Assembly (NCBI GenBank): GCA_000708835.1
Contig: DF237143.1
Coordinates: 85,102 to 149,101 of the forward strand
Length of the DNA stretch: 64,000 nt
Reading direction: 5' to 3'
Origin: Klebsormidium nitens
Lineage: Eukaryota; Plantae; Klebsormidiophyceae
Shown: positions 11,593 to 33,900 of the stretch, one piece after another
Layout: each line of letters starts with the position of its first letter
Position numbering within the stretch: the stretch's first letter is position 1
Made by a program: the position numbers and the translations under genes
The notes under the pieces: generated by a model
Databases searched by the model: none
Seen by the model: only the letters and a program-made list of their open reading frames with translations
What the model was told of the DNA's origin: nothing

Positions 11593-12966
11593 TTACTTGC
11601 AAAAGGCTTCACACCAGCTTTTGACCGCGCTGTCCTCTCCTAAGAGCGATTGGTGCTGAAAAAAAGAGTCCTTTCGTCGTTCCCAATCTTCTGAACCAAT
11701 CGGAACAACCAAGCGGAAGACCGAGACACGTACAGACGGCGTAGAGAAGGAAGCCGCCTCGTCGAGGACCTCCCTAGTAAAGTCGCAATCCTTGTCTCTC
11801 AGCACAAGCACCTTGGTGTAGAGTTCCTTCTCACTTCTCCACAAACCGGAGTTGTCACGTGACGCAGGTGTGAGGCCAAGCTTTTTCACAAGTGCCAAGA
11901 ACCGAGGCCTCGACGTGACCAAGACCCGACTGACTACGAGCCGCACCAGATCCGGACAGGTGTCAACAACGGTGGAGAAGTCGAGAATCTCGGCTGAAGG
12001 TGGCGTCAGGCGATTCAGAAGAGAAGGAACGGCGTTGATCGCAAGATGTCGCAACCATTGGCAGTTTTCTGCTACGTCCTGAAGCGTGGAGTTTGGCAGT
12101 TCCTCATCACGTACTGTCAAAGTCAAGTACTGGAGGCGCTTCAAGCTCGTACGGAGTGACGCGCTGTTAGCACGACACGGTTCTCTGCTAACTTTGCACT
12201 GACATCTAAGGGAAATGAGGGCTGGCAGGTCAGCAGGCAGGCTTCTGGAAACTGCAGTGGACCAGTCTGGAAACACGTGGCTTGTTATTTCCAGATGTGA
12301 GAGACTGCTGATTGATCTTCTGGCAGCCTCCTTAATGGCGAAAGAAAACTTTGACAAGTGGTTGCATCCATCCTTCCCGCCACGAAGTGTGAGGATCTCC
12401 AGCTCCGGAAAGAAGTGCGCAAGGAATAGGATGCCGCTGATGAGGTTAGGTGGATAGTAGTCCCCTGGATGGACATCTAGCCGCTTTAAAGAGTTCCTGG
12501 ACTTTGACAGGCAGCTGAAAAATTCACCTGGTGAACTCCATTGCAAGGCCACTGTCACGCTCTTCCACTGGATGCCTGAGATAGCTGGCCAAAGATTTTC
12601 CGATGCTTCTAGGCTTACGACAAGGTTGGAGAGCGATGGCCAAAACTGAAGTTGCTTGGCAAGAGCCCTGCATGCATCTTCATTCTCCGAAGCCTTTGCA
12701 TCTGCCTTCTGAAGATGCTTCTCCTGAAGATGCTTCTCCTGTGTTGGTCTCTGTATCGCCTTCCCTGCACTTCTAGATGGAGGCCGGCGAAGGACCAGAG
12801 TCTGGCTGTATCGCCGCGCGGATTCTTGTAGGATTTTGTTCACCCTTGCAATCTCATTGAAAGCCGCCGGCTTGTCCACTGCAAGTCTTCTCACGATGCA
12901 ATCCACAATCTCGAAGGGAAGGTCATCAAAGCTGGCGTCGCCTTCGCACCTCACGGCCTGCGCCAT
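11593..12966 (-). CDS. F-box/LRR(RNI)-like protein copy 2, intact and intronless
   Basis: Uninterrupted ORF 11593-13041. The likely start is MAQAVRC at 12966, matching MAQGG of copy 1. F-box-like SFDDLPFEIVDCIVRRL followed by LRR-like xLxxLxL segments (LEILTL, LSHLEI, LQYLTL, LRHLAI). Confidence 0.8.
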   Translation of the reverse strand: MAQAVRCEGDASFDDLPFEIVDCIVRRLAVDKPAAFNEIARVNKILQESARRYSQTLVLRRPPSRSAGKAIQRPTQEKHLQEKHLQKADAKASENEDACRALAKQLQFWPSLSNLVVSLEASENLWPAISGIQWKSVTVALQWSSPGEFFSCLSKSRNSLKRLDVHPGDYYPPNLISGILFLAHFFPELEILTLRGGKDGCNHLSKFSFAIKEAARRSISSLSHLEITSHVFPDWSTAVSRSLPADLPALISLRCQCKVSREPCRANSASLRTSLKRLQYLTLTVRDEELPNSTLQDVAENCQWLRHLAINAVPSLLNRLTPPSAEILDFSTVVDTCPDLVRLVVSRVLVTSRPRFLALVKKLGLTPASRDNSGLWRSEKELYTKVLVLRDKDCDFTREVLDEAASFSTPSVRVSVFRLVVPIGSEDWERRKDSFFQHQSLLGEDSAVKSWCEAFCK

Positions 12967-14367
12967 GCCCCTACGCTGTACCTCAAAGAGGACTTTGCTT
13001 GCTGCCAGCACGTTCATTTGAAGCTTCTCTTCTCCCAGCATTCATTACTGACCTAAATATAGACAGCGCAGAGACTGGGCTTACACTGTGCTGAGCGAGG
13101 CAACTTCTGAAGAGGATGAACAGACGACCGCCGCATTGGCAATAACTTGAACAAGGCTTCTTATGTGCGCCCGTGAGAGACGGTGCTTCCTCACGCTTGA
13201 AGGGTAATCCATTCAGTTAACGTCTGTCTATTTGATGTTTGTAAGCTTTGCTCAAGACTACGATAGCAGTGCACTTTCAGTTCCAGCCAGAGAGGCCATA
13301 AGCCAAGATAGAAGATATAAGTGGACGGTCGTAAGAGGTTCAATTTTGGGTCCTGTTTAGTTTATAGGGAAGCTGAATTACACATATATGCCTCCTGCTC
13401 GATGTGTAAGCCGATGTAGCGCCATCAACGGCGATTGCAACGGTCTACTAGGGAATCAAAACCGTTCCTCTCAAGATCTACGGCCCATTGATGAGATGCA
13501 CATGGCGGTGTCAGGCTCTATGTGGTATCATAGTAACAATGAAGCCGGATCAAAATCACGTGCCAATATTCCGTCCACAGTTGCCAACGGGCCGGGATCC
13601 ACTGTACGCCCGAAAAACAAATTCAGCCCTTTGCTGACATATAAACTTTATCTCAAAAGGTGCTCCATTTCACTTACATTCGCGCCAGCTACTCTCTGGT
13701 GAGAGCCGCCAATCATGGACGTGATCCGCTATGTATCAGTTTCCTGCATGCAGACGGCTTGCAAGTACAGACATCAGTCAGGATCAATATCCCAAAGGCT
13801 GTCCGTATGCCAATGAGGTCATGCGCGCGCGTAGGCCCGTATGACAGCGCTGAATTGCAGCGCACTCACAAGTTTAGGCACCCAGCCAGCGGAAGTGCTT
13901 ATTATGAGTGGAAAAATATACTCGATCAGTCCGTATGGTCTTCTCAACATGCTGCATATGCAACTTGGTTTGGACCGAGCCGCCAAGTGGCATACCACTG
14001 AACCTAGCGCCTAAGTACGAACTGGAGCTTCAGTTGAATGCATGCAATCTGACCCACTCGACCAGATTGACTGCAACATAGAAATGGCCGGCCAGGTACG
14101 TGCATGCGTCTGAAACCTTGATACTTCACGAACGTGACTGGAATGATTACATGATAGCATAGGATTGCGGCTGGCGGCTGTGAAGTCCTTGCTCCCGACC
14201 AATATGTTTCGAGGGTTCCGTTGCATGACGGGGACATTCCCGACCGTCTGGACGATAACTCTGTATGTAGGGCGCAGTCGCACAGTGGCGCAATTATATT
14301 CTCGAATCAATCGCAAACATGGAGGGGTCTGCCATCTTTAACAATCATCTCCGTATCAACAAGCTCG

Positions 14368-24365
<9,998 letters not shown>

Positions 24366-25724
24366 CTATGTAATTACAATGTGCGGTCGCACATTATGGG
24401 CGCCATAAGCTTTTAGGAGAATGTGCTTATGAATCTGTTTGGTGGACAAGCAACGTCAAAGTGAACAGCACAAGCTCGACATGAGTGGTACGCAAAACCG
24501 CTGGGATCTCGAATTGAGAGTCCACAACTGATGTGCAGACAATGCCAGAAATGTATGATAGAAGAAAGTCTGGCAGGACTCACCATCTGCTCCTGAAGAG
24601 GGACCACACGCAGCCCTCCGATGTGTTGCGTCCAAGCGGCAAGTTGGGGCTGTTGAGCAGCCGCACAGCGCGACATTTTGCTAAAAGAACATGCCTTGCA
24701 CCAGCTAAAACTCACGAGTCTTGCTGTCTTCGTAGACTGTGCGCCTTCAAGCGCCAGCCCGCCAACTTCCAAGCGCGCCAAACTTGAAGTTGAAGTTGAA
24801 GTATGAGACTTTTCCGAATCAGACTTCTGCTTTTGACTGCGGCGTCCTTCGCGGCCGGGTCCCCGCGGTCACTTATATTCGCGGCCGCTACGAAGTGCGC
24901 GACTTGGGGGTTTTGGATTGAGTTCCGCCACATTCAATATTCCGCTAGGATCCGCCCCTGGGAACACTCCCCGGATCGGATTGAACTCAATTGCTCCGTT
25001 GACCTCAATGACGTCAGGTCGAGCCACATGGCAGGGCTGCAGACAGGACTTTATCTCCATGTGGTCCTCGTGGGCGACGACGCCGTGCATGATATGCGGC
25101 TGAGTCAGCACGGCCTTCGCAGAGACTCGCACCGAATGCTCAATGGGTTCAGCAAGTCCTATCCGGTGCGAATCGAACCAGGGGAGACGGGGCTGAGTCA
25201 GCATGGAATGCCGCGGGACGGCTCAACTCTCGGCTGCTCTGACTCGGCAGCTTCTGCGACGCCCTGTCAGCCTTCCTCTTCTGCCCAGGGCCATGGCTAC
25301 CATTGGGAGACTTGCATTGAAAACAGAAATGCAAGCAAAGTCACCTGCTCGAAGTTCAGAAGTTGCGATCTGTTGCTGGTTGGGGAATCTGCCAAGGACG
25401 ATTGAACACGGCGTTGTTCAGTAGCCTTGCTTGTGTGCTTGGAATGCTCTGGCGGCCGACGTCTTCTCCTCGCTTGCACGTGAGTCAAACGTGCAGCAAT
25501 TAGGTGTTTCGTGCTATTTGCTTACTTGAAAAGCCGATCCAAGTTGACATGGTGTTCAACTAAACTTCTGGAGTTCTGCAATTACGTTCAAGTTGCAACA
25601 CTGCATCACTCTTGAGAGCAGCAAGTGATTGGAGTGCATTGACATCAAGGAATTGAGTCCACTGACAACCTACACTTCCTTGCAGCGGACTTAAACCCAA
25701 TTGCCTCACCATTGAATTGCTACA

Positions 25725-28700
25725 ATGGAGCAGGTAAGGTGGCTTCCGACACTTCCTTGGTGGTTTTCTGTTCCTGGCATCACTTTCGCACCATGTAGAC
25801 AACTCTCCATTTCAATATCATCTGCTGATCTTTCTCGAAAATTGTTGGCGTGTGATTGTACTGAATCCCCATCATTCATCATCTGAGCATCTGAAGTTGA
25901 CACAGTGCTCTGCTCCCTTTTCTTATGTGCAGTTCGCAGAACATGAGCAGAGGGCCTTCGACGCACAGGTCGCAGAGGTCGAGAGTTGGTGGCGCAGTGA
26001 CCGATTCAGACTTGTAAGTTTATCCGTTGCCTCAGTAGACACATGACTAGCTCCTTATGGTTCCCTTGCCTTTTCAGTGAAGCTGCTCTGTTGACGATCC
26101 TGCATGCTGTTGCTCTTTCATAAGCAAGCTGCTTGGTGTCAAGTTGGGAGGTCGGAACAACCAAATGCTGCAAGGTAGTCTGACATGCTGAAAGAGAACG
26201 TGTTCCATGGACTTGCAGGTGAAGCGGCCATACACTGCAGCTCAGGTTGTTGCTTTGAGAGGCCATCTCCGGACATCATATGCATCAGGTATGTTCCACG
26301 GCTGTCAATTGTCTTCTTCTGCTAGTCAAGATAACGATCTTCCTTGCCATCTGCAACTCCTTCTAACAAAATGCTTCATCGCAGCCCGTTGAACACTCTT
26401 TGGTGGTTTTGAATTGCAGACGTCCAGGCAAAGAAGCTTTGGCAGATCCTGAAGCATAGACAAGCTACAAGGACATGCTCAAGGGTGAGTTCTAACCTTA
26501 GGCCAATGTTGAAGTGAACATGGGAGATGGCTGGGGCACCTTAGTGGGGCAGTTCTGATTGCATCCAATCCTATGGCAAACTAGAATCAGATGTGTCATG
26601 CTGTCATGATTTTGAGTAAGCTGGTGGCAACCATGTTTCTGTCCAAGACACTTGTGAAGAAGTTTGCAATCTGGCTTTGCAGACATTTGGGGCCCTGGAT
26701 CCAGTCCAGGTTGCTCAGATGGGGCAGCAGGGGATCGACACTGTGTATGTCTCAGGCTGGCAGTGCAGCTCTACTGCTAGCTCCTCCAACGAGCCTGGTC
26801 CCGACTTGGCAGACTATCCATCTGACACCGTTCCCAACAAGGTGGAGCAGCTGTTCTTTGCTCAGCAGTTCCATGACAGGTGAGTTCTGCATTCTTCAGC
26901 GTTGTTTCAAGCTAGAGAAGAGTTCCAAATTGAGCTGTCTGCCAGCTAGCTGTGGTCTTTGCTATGAGCTTTGATGTACTCTGCAATTTGTAATAATCGA
27001 GTCATTGCAGAAGGGAAAGCCATTGGCGTTCGTGAGTAAGCTCTCTTAACAAGTTGATTGTTCGTGCAGGAAACAACATGAGGCTCGGTTCCAGATGACC
27101 AAGGAGCAGCGCGCTCAGACGCCTTATGTTGACTTCCTCAACCCCATTATCGCCGATGCCGACACTGGCTTTGGTGGCATTGGAGCTGTCACAAAGCTGG
27201 CCAAGATGTTTGTGGAGCGTGGTGCTGCTGGCATCCACATTGAAGATCAGAGCACAGGTAAGACGAGCTCGATTTTACCATGTGGCTGCTCATGTTCTAT
27301 CAAGAACGGTCAGTCACTGCAGAAATGACATCTATTTTGATCAAGTGCTCAGCATGCACAGAGTTTTTGCAGAGTTTGTTCTAGGTGGTTGTTGAAGTCG
27401 ATGGATGCTTCACTTCATTATCTGGTGAGTATGCTAGAAGATTAGCTTTTCGCTGATTCGCATTCTTTCTTTTCGCAGCTACAAAGAAGTGCGGCCATCT
27501 CGCTGGCAAGGTGCTTGTCTCTACCTCGGAGCATGTCAACCGCCTCAATGCCATCCGCCTGCAGTATGACATCATGGGCGTCGAGAATATCATCATCGGT
27601 AAGAGCTGGGCAGCTCATTGTCAAAGTGTTCCCTACTACTTTAGGAGTTGCTTCGTCTTTCGCTTTTCGATCTTTTCTAAAACTTTCAAGACAAAGTGCT
27701 AACACTGGAGGTTGGGGCTGTTTTTGTGTGCGATCTACCTCTTTTTTGGGGTTTTTGACCCGTCCTTAAAACGACCTGGTGTCATGTAGCTGATGAAGGA
27801 AACTGTTGTCAATCATGCAGCTCGGACTGACGCCGAGGCGGCCAATCTCATCACGACGAACATTGATGTTCGTGATCATCCCTTCATCTTGGGTGTCACG
27901 AACCCGAAGCTCCGCGGCCACTCAGTTGTGCAGGTAGGCAGAGATTTCAGTATAGTCGGAAGTAATCTGTTGGGCGTCTGCAATTACCAAAAGGAGTTTC
28001 CTCTCCGTGAAAGCACTTCCGAGCAGGAACCTTTAGATCGTTGTTGCTATCTTTGCCAAAGTCGCCCTGCTCTTGAATATCTGTCGAATCGGCCTCGTAC
28101 AGGCTTTGTTGCACGTAATCGTGAGTCCATTTTGAAGTGTGCATCCTTTATTCCAGGCTCTTGATGACGCCGAAGCCTCTGGCAAGGTTGGGGCTGCCCT
28201 CCAGGCCGTCGACGATGCATGGATGCAATCTGCTCAGCTGAAGACGTACGGCGAAACCGTGGCTGACGCGCTCAGGGCTTCTAACATGCCCGAGGGCGAG
28301 AAGGCGCGCAAGCTGGATAGATGGCTGTCCCAGTCAGATAAGCTGTCCGTCTTCGACGCGCGCGTGCTGGCGAATGAGCTGGGCGTGGAGGTCTTCTGGG
28401 ACTGGAATCTGCCCCGTACTCGCGAAGGCTTCTACCGGTTCCGTGGGAGCACCAAGGCGTGCATCGCTCGTGGCGTTGGTAAGCCCCCTGACTGCTTCCT
28501 ATTCAACTGTACAAATCGCCAGGGTTTCTGTTGAGTGGGTTTGGAAGGGCCCATAATCACAGGTTTCGAGATGCAGGTGACCAGAAAGAACGTACAATCT
28601 TCGAAGAAGCCACTCGTTGTGCAGTTTTTGTTGCGAAAGGGCTGGTCATAGAGGCAGCTCATTGCTGTCTTGCGGGGTTTTTTCATACCTTGCTTGCTTT

Positions 28701-28934
28701 ACCTGGCGCAGATTGTCCATCCGGAAGTGGCAGGGTTAGGATTTTCTCGACATATGTGAGTCATCACCTCAGTCGGGTCCTCGTTCATCCATTTTTCCGA
28801 AGTTTCTCAAAAGCTCCTTCCTTTCTGCAGCTTTCCAGCCGTACTGCGACATCATCTGGATGGAGACCGCCAAGCCGATTCTCAAGCAGGCCACGGAGTT
28901 CGCGCGCGGCGTCAAGAGCGTCTACCCCGAGGCC

Positions 28935-28970
<36 letters not shown>

Positions 28971-29761
28971 GACGCCGCCGGCATGACGGACGACCAGATT
29001 CTGCACTTCAACGATGAGCTCGCCAAGGAGGGCTTCGTATGGCAGTTCATCACTCTGGCGGGCTTCCACGCGAACGCTCTGGCCATTGACAACTTCGCAA
29101 AGGACTACGCCAAGCGGGGCATGCTCGCTTACGTGGAGGACATCCAGCGGCCCGAGCGGGAGAACAAGGTGTCGACGCTGCAACATCAGAAGTGGTCCGG
29201 GGCCAACTACGTGGACTCGCTGATGAAGACGGTGACGGGCGGGATTGCCTCGACCGCAGCCATGGGCAAGGGTGAGCACTGAAATCTTTTCGATTCGTCT
29301 TTCCTTGAGGGGCCAGTGCCAAGAGGGGCCAAAGCCAAGAGTTGCTGTGGCTGGCCGCCCTGCTCTTCAGCGCAACATTTCAAATATCAATCTTAGGATA
29401 GCTGTAATGCTGCTCGAGCTCGAGAAAAGTTGCAGTTGGTTGCAGTTGGCTCAAGTTTTCAGCGGATCGCATTCTTCTGAGAGGGGCTTCGACAGGATTA
29501 TTCTGTATAGTACGTGATTATTACGATCAGGCGAGACGTTTCGTGTTGAAATCTTCTTGTCGAGCAGCTTCACTGCCGTCTACACCGAGGAGCATCGTCT
29601 TTTTGGGATCACGAACTTCGTCGAAATTGCTGTGCCGAACATATTGCTCCCCGTATTCAGCTTCTCACCTTCTCGTTGCAGGTGTTACGGAGGACCAGTT
29701 TGCTCAAGGCCCAGTGAAGTCCGGGGGCATCCAGGTTATGATGACCCACTCGAGGATGTAA
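25725..29761 (+). CDS. ICL: Isocitrate lyase (glyoxysomal), about 561 aa, 11 exons
   Basis: Exons 25725-25733 (less certain), 25933-26013, 26219-26288, 26420-26484, 26683-26879, 27070-27257, 27479-27598, 27821-27933, 28157-28478, 28831-29271, 29682-29761; 1686 nt. Motifs [21 protein letters not shown], catalytic [16 protein letters not shown]-terminal PTS1 SRM. Confidence 0.97.
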
Positions 29762-30969
29762 TCAGGTGCTCCGCATTTTCTGGTCTCAAATATATGATGG
29801 TACGTAAGCAGGCCAATCTGCCGGTTAACATAAGTTTGTTTAGTCTAGTGAGCAAAGCGGGCACTTCAAGCGGATAGATCATTGAATGTGTAGGTTTGTT
29901 AGTCCTGTGTTTACATTGCTAAATTGATCAGAATACTGGTATATACCATACGATCATATAGCTAGGCGCTGGGGGTTTCAGGCCTTCTCAGTCGGTACTT
30001 ATCCAAGTGTACGAAAACAATTACTGATTGTGCTCAGGGAAGAGAATAACCTGCAAGCGAACTTGACGTTGACGGGTATAGCTGGATAATTACCGGCTCT
30101 GCAACATTCATGCGATTTCGCGTAGTAACCAAAAGTCAACTAGGATTTGGCTCAGGGTTGAACGTTTGATTGTCAACTCGCATAAGAAAACCACAAACAA
30201 GCGCCGTATGGCCTCAAGTTCTGCCTCAGTTCATTCTTGTTTGATTGTGCTACTGCAAACAAAACGACTGAGATCGGGATGATTTTAGAAAGACTGATCA
30301 AGGCCACGCGGTCGGGGAACTGGATCACTCATATGCCTTTAAAGATTGTGTACATTTAGATGTAAACACGACGAATGGGATTCCGTGATGCATTCCTAAT
30401 ATTTCTATAAAGCGGCGGCGCGTAGACCATGTCTGCACCGCGTGTGGATCGTTTAGTACACGGTGCTTGAGTCATGTGAATTCGGAATCAACGATCACAT
30501 TGAAAACTGTTCGAGACACGATTACTGCATGGCGGCAGACTCTTTAGCAAGGTGCGGCCGCGCAAGCCTGCATTGGAGATGCAAGTGCCTCAGTCCTTGC
30601 TTCTGGGATAGTTGCACACCATCGCGAAGAAGAGAGTTGACGCACTGCACGTCGCCATAGTGCATCCGCGCTCATCGGATTGAAGTCACCTGGTCCGAGG
30701 ACACTTGGGCTTTTGACTATGCACACGACCACCATCAGCTCCAGCAACGCAAAGCGGCTAAAGTCTGAGCATAAATCCTGCGATCGGCCAACAGCAGCTG
30801 CTTTGAGCGCTTCAACATGGTTTAGAAAGGCCATTGACATTTTTCTAAGCTCGAATTGGAGCTAAACAGGCGACGAGAAGTCTGCTATGGGATGTAACTC
30901 AATGAAAGTGCGCGGTCTTCGAACCACTGTCCTTGTGCACAGCCGATGTCCTTTCGTGCGAGCAGCAAA

Positions 30970-33900
30970 TCACGTTTGCGCCGCCCGTTCCTGAGCTTTC
31001 TGAAGGCGCGCCGTGTGCAGCAGATGTCGGGCCTGCAAGGTAGCGCTGATTCAATTCAGCACGTCACGCTACTAGACGGTCTTCCTTGGAGAATACTCCG
31101 GATGGATTTCAAGAACGCGTACCCAATTCGCCCAGCAAGAATCCCACTTGGATTGTAAGACTACATTGCGTAGACAACGAACCTGGGACTTAATTGTTTG
31201 TCGAAATTTATGTCTAGGAAAGCGGCATCCAGTGTCAAGAACGGTCAGAACGAGGAGAGGCCACTAGGATGTGTACGTTACTGCTTATGAAAGTGCTGGC
31301 AGAGCTCCGGGAGTCCACTGTCGAATCAATCCACCAGATGAACATGGGAGAACTCTGGCAGCATCTCTTAGAAGTTGCTGAGTTCTGAGAGATCGCGAGC
31401 AAGAAATACGTCGGCGCGCGCTTACCATCGCCTCTGCCGGGTCGTCTGCGCGCGCGCGCGCGGCGTGCAGCATCGCCTGCAGGACGGCGGGCATCACCGT
31501 GCTCGCGAGCCACGCCTGGATGCCCGCACTGCGCTGCTCCAGAGTCGCGCGCGGTTTTGGGGCCAGCCCGGGCTCCGGTTCCGGCAGGACCTGCGCGAGG
31601 CGCGCGCAAAATCAGGCGCAGGAAGTTTGACGTGCGCGTTCAGAACCATGCAACTTATCGAGAAGCGATGCCGTTCCCGCTTCAGAACCTTCGCTGACGG
31701 TAGAATATTAGGATCAAGAGCCACACACATGACTGCAAAAAGCTGCCAACGTCACGCATTGTCCTAGCATCAGCTTTCGAGAGGAGGCCCTTGAGACGCG
31801 TGATGCGACTCTGTGATTGCACAGTGATCGCCTCCCTCAATATTGCGTTCCAGCATTTCATTAAGCAGCGATTTCGAAGGTCTTACTGTTGCCGAATCCG
31901 AGCTCTGAACGGCAGCCGCTTCCTCGGTCCCCTCAGGAGACGCGATCGGCTCGTCGCTTGTCTCCACGTCCTGCCCCTGTACCGCCAAAGACGTACTTTC
32001 ATCTGTTACTGAAGTCGCTCCATGAAAGGTTACGGTGCCTCTGTTATCGCAGTCCTCATTGACCCGTTGGAAAAATAAAAGGCTCGATAGAGGCAGAAAG
32101 CAGAGGTTTTCAATGAAGACGCGAAACCTACTTCCAGTAAAACTGGCTCGTAAGTGTCAAGGGAGGGTGCAACTCGCAAAATTTGGAACCCTGTAGACGA
32201 AACAAACGGGTGCATCGTATGGAGATCTTGGCGGCAGCAGGCGACCAGACGTATGAAGAGACGTCAAAGTATGAGCGGTTTGAGCGAAGAGATATTGTAT
32301 AAAACGTCGCCTCAATCAATGACATCAAATTGTTTGATTTAGCGAGATGACTTGCGTTCAACCAGAACAGCCTTCCGACTACCAAATGTATGCTCCAATT
32401 ACTGAACACTGTACTGTACTTGACGGGTCGTATACTTTTCTCGGAAGAGAAGGGTAAATGGAGACCACATCTTCTCTAACACCCAAAGGTTTTCCTCAGG
32501 AATTCATTTCGAGGGCACAAAGGGGAAAGCTGGCATGCAAAAGAGCGTCCTGAAAAATTCTTTACATGCTCTTGTGATCCCTGCTCCTGTGGTGCCGGCT
32601 CCGGTTCCGTCCGCTCGACGGGCTGCGGCTTCCGCTTGCTTCCGGCATACCTCTCCGGTGGCCCAAGCGCTGCCCTAACCCTCCCGATGACCATTTCTAA
32701 ACCCATTCCAGTCGGTTCCACTTTCGGGACCGGCGTTCTAGCTTTCTCAACGTTTCCGCCCGTCCGTTCAATTCCGCTCGAGGACGCTCCGCTTGGCGGC
32801 CTCGTTCCCGGCGACGGAAGTCCTCCGCTGTGTGCTGACGGCGATTTTGGCGTTCCCAGTCTGGAGCCCGCTGACGTCATTCCAGGCGTCCCTGCTTTGG
32901 GAGACTTTAGCGTTTCACTTCCCGCGACGCTCTCTCGTTCCAATGCCTCGTCGACCGGCATCGTTCCGCTGAGGCCATCGCCCAAGCTTCCGGCGCTTCC
33001 GGCGGACCTCGTGTTCCGGTCGCTTCCAGCGGAACCAATGTTCCGCTCGCTTCCTACAGAGCCAATCTTGTCGCTTCCAGCGGAGACGGTGTTCCGGTCG
33101 CTTCCTGCCGAACGGTTAGGCCGGTCACTTCCGGCGGAATGAGTGTTCCGGTCGCTCGCAACGGAACGCTCGGTCTGGGCTGTCATGGGCCTCTCCGGAA
33201 TCTCCGCTTGGTCTATCTCGAGAATCGAAGCCCCCGCCGTTCTGACGCTCTCCAAGATTCCCTCCAGTTCAGGCAACACCGCCTCGTTGTAAACGGAGAT
33301 CCGCCGCGCAAACTCCGTTCCGACGTTGTGCGTTCCGGCCCGCTCCTTCTCCGGAATCGCCGCAATGCGCGCCGCCAGGATCTCGTCCGTCGCTTTCAGA
33401 AGCACCGACCAGTCGAGCTTCACCTTCCACTGCTCTTTCTTGGGCGCACCGCTCGTTCCAGTCTCCGCTTCCGGGGCGGCTTCCGGCGGAAGCGGCGGCT
33501 GCACTTCCTTGGAGGACATCATTCGGATCAGCGGGCTGGCTCTTCGGCCCGCGGCCTTAGGCGCTGCCTCCGTTTTGTCGTCGGTCGGTTTTATGGAGCT
33601 AACACGCTTTGCGGATGGGCGAGAGGCTTCCGGTTCCGGTGGCTCCGGCGTCCGGCTGGCTTCGCTCCGGACGGGTTCGTCTGAGCGGAAGACGAAGCGG
33701 ACATCAAGGGGAATGATAATTTGTGGAGGCAAAAGAGCTGGCGCTTTTGCTGATAAACACTTGAAAGCTCGCAAGATTACCAAAAACACGGTGTGCTAGA
33801 AGGCTACAAACGACGCGCACCCTCACCCGCGAAGAGAAGCTGCGTCTGCGCCAACGTCTTCGGGAAACCGTCCAGGATGAAGCCGTTCCGCCGGCATTCC

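Noticed and set aside
12708-12741. 15-bp in-frame duplication (EKHLQ x2) in F-box copy 2
   Set aside because: Ordinary slippage in a variable loop.
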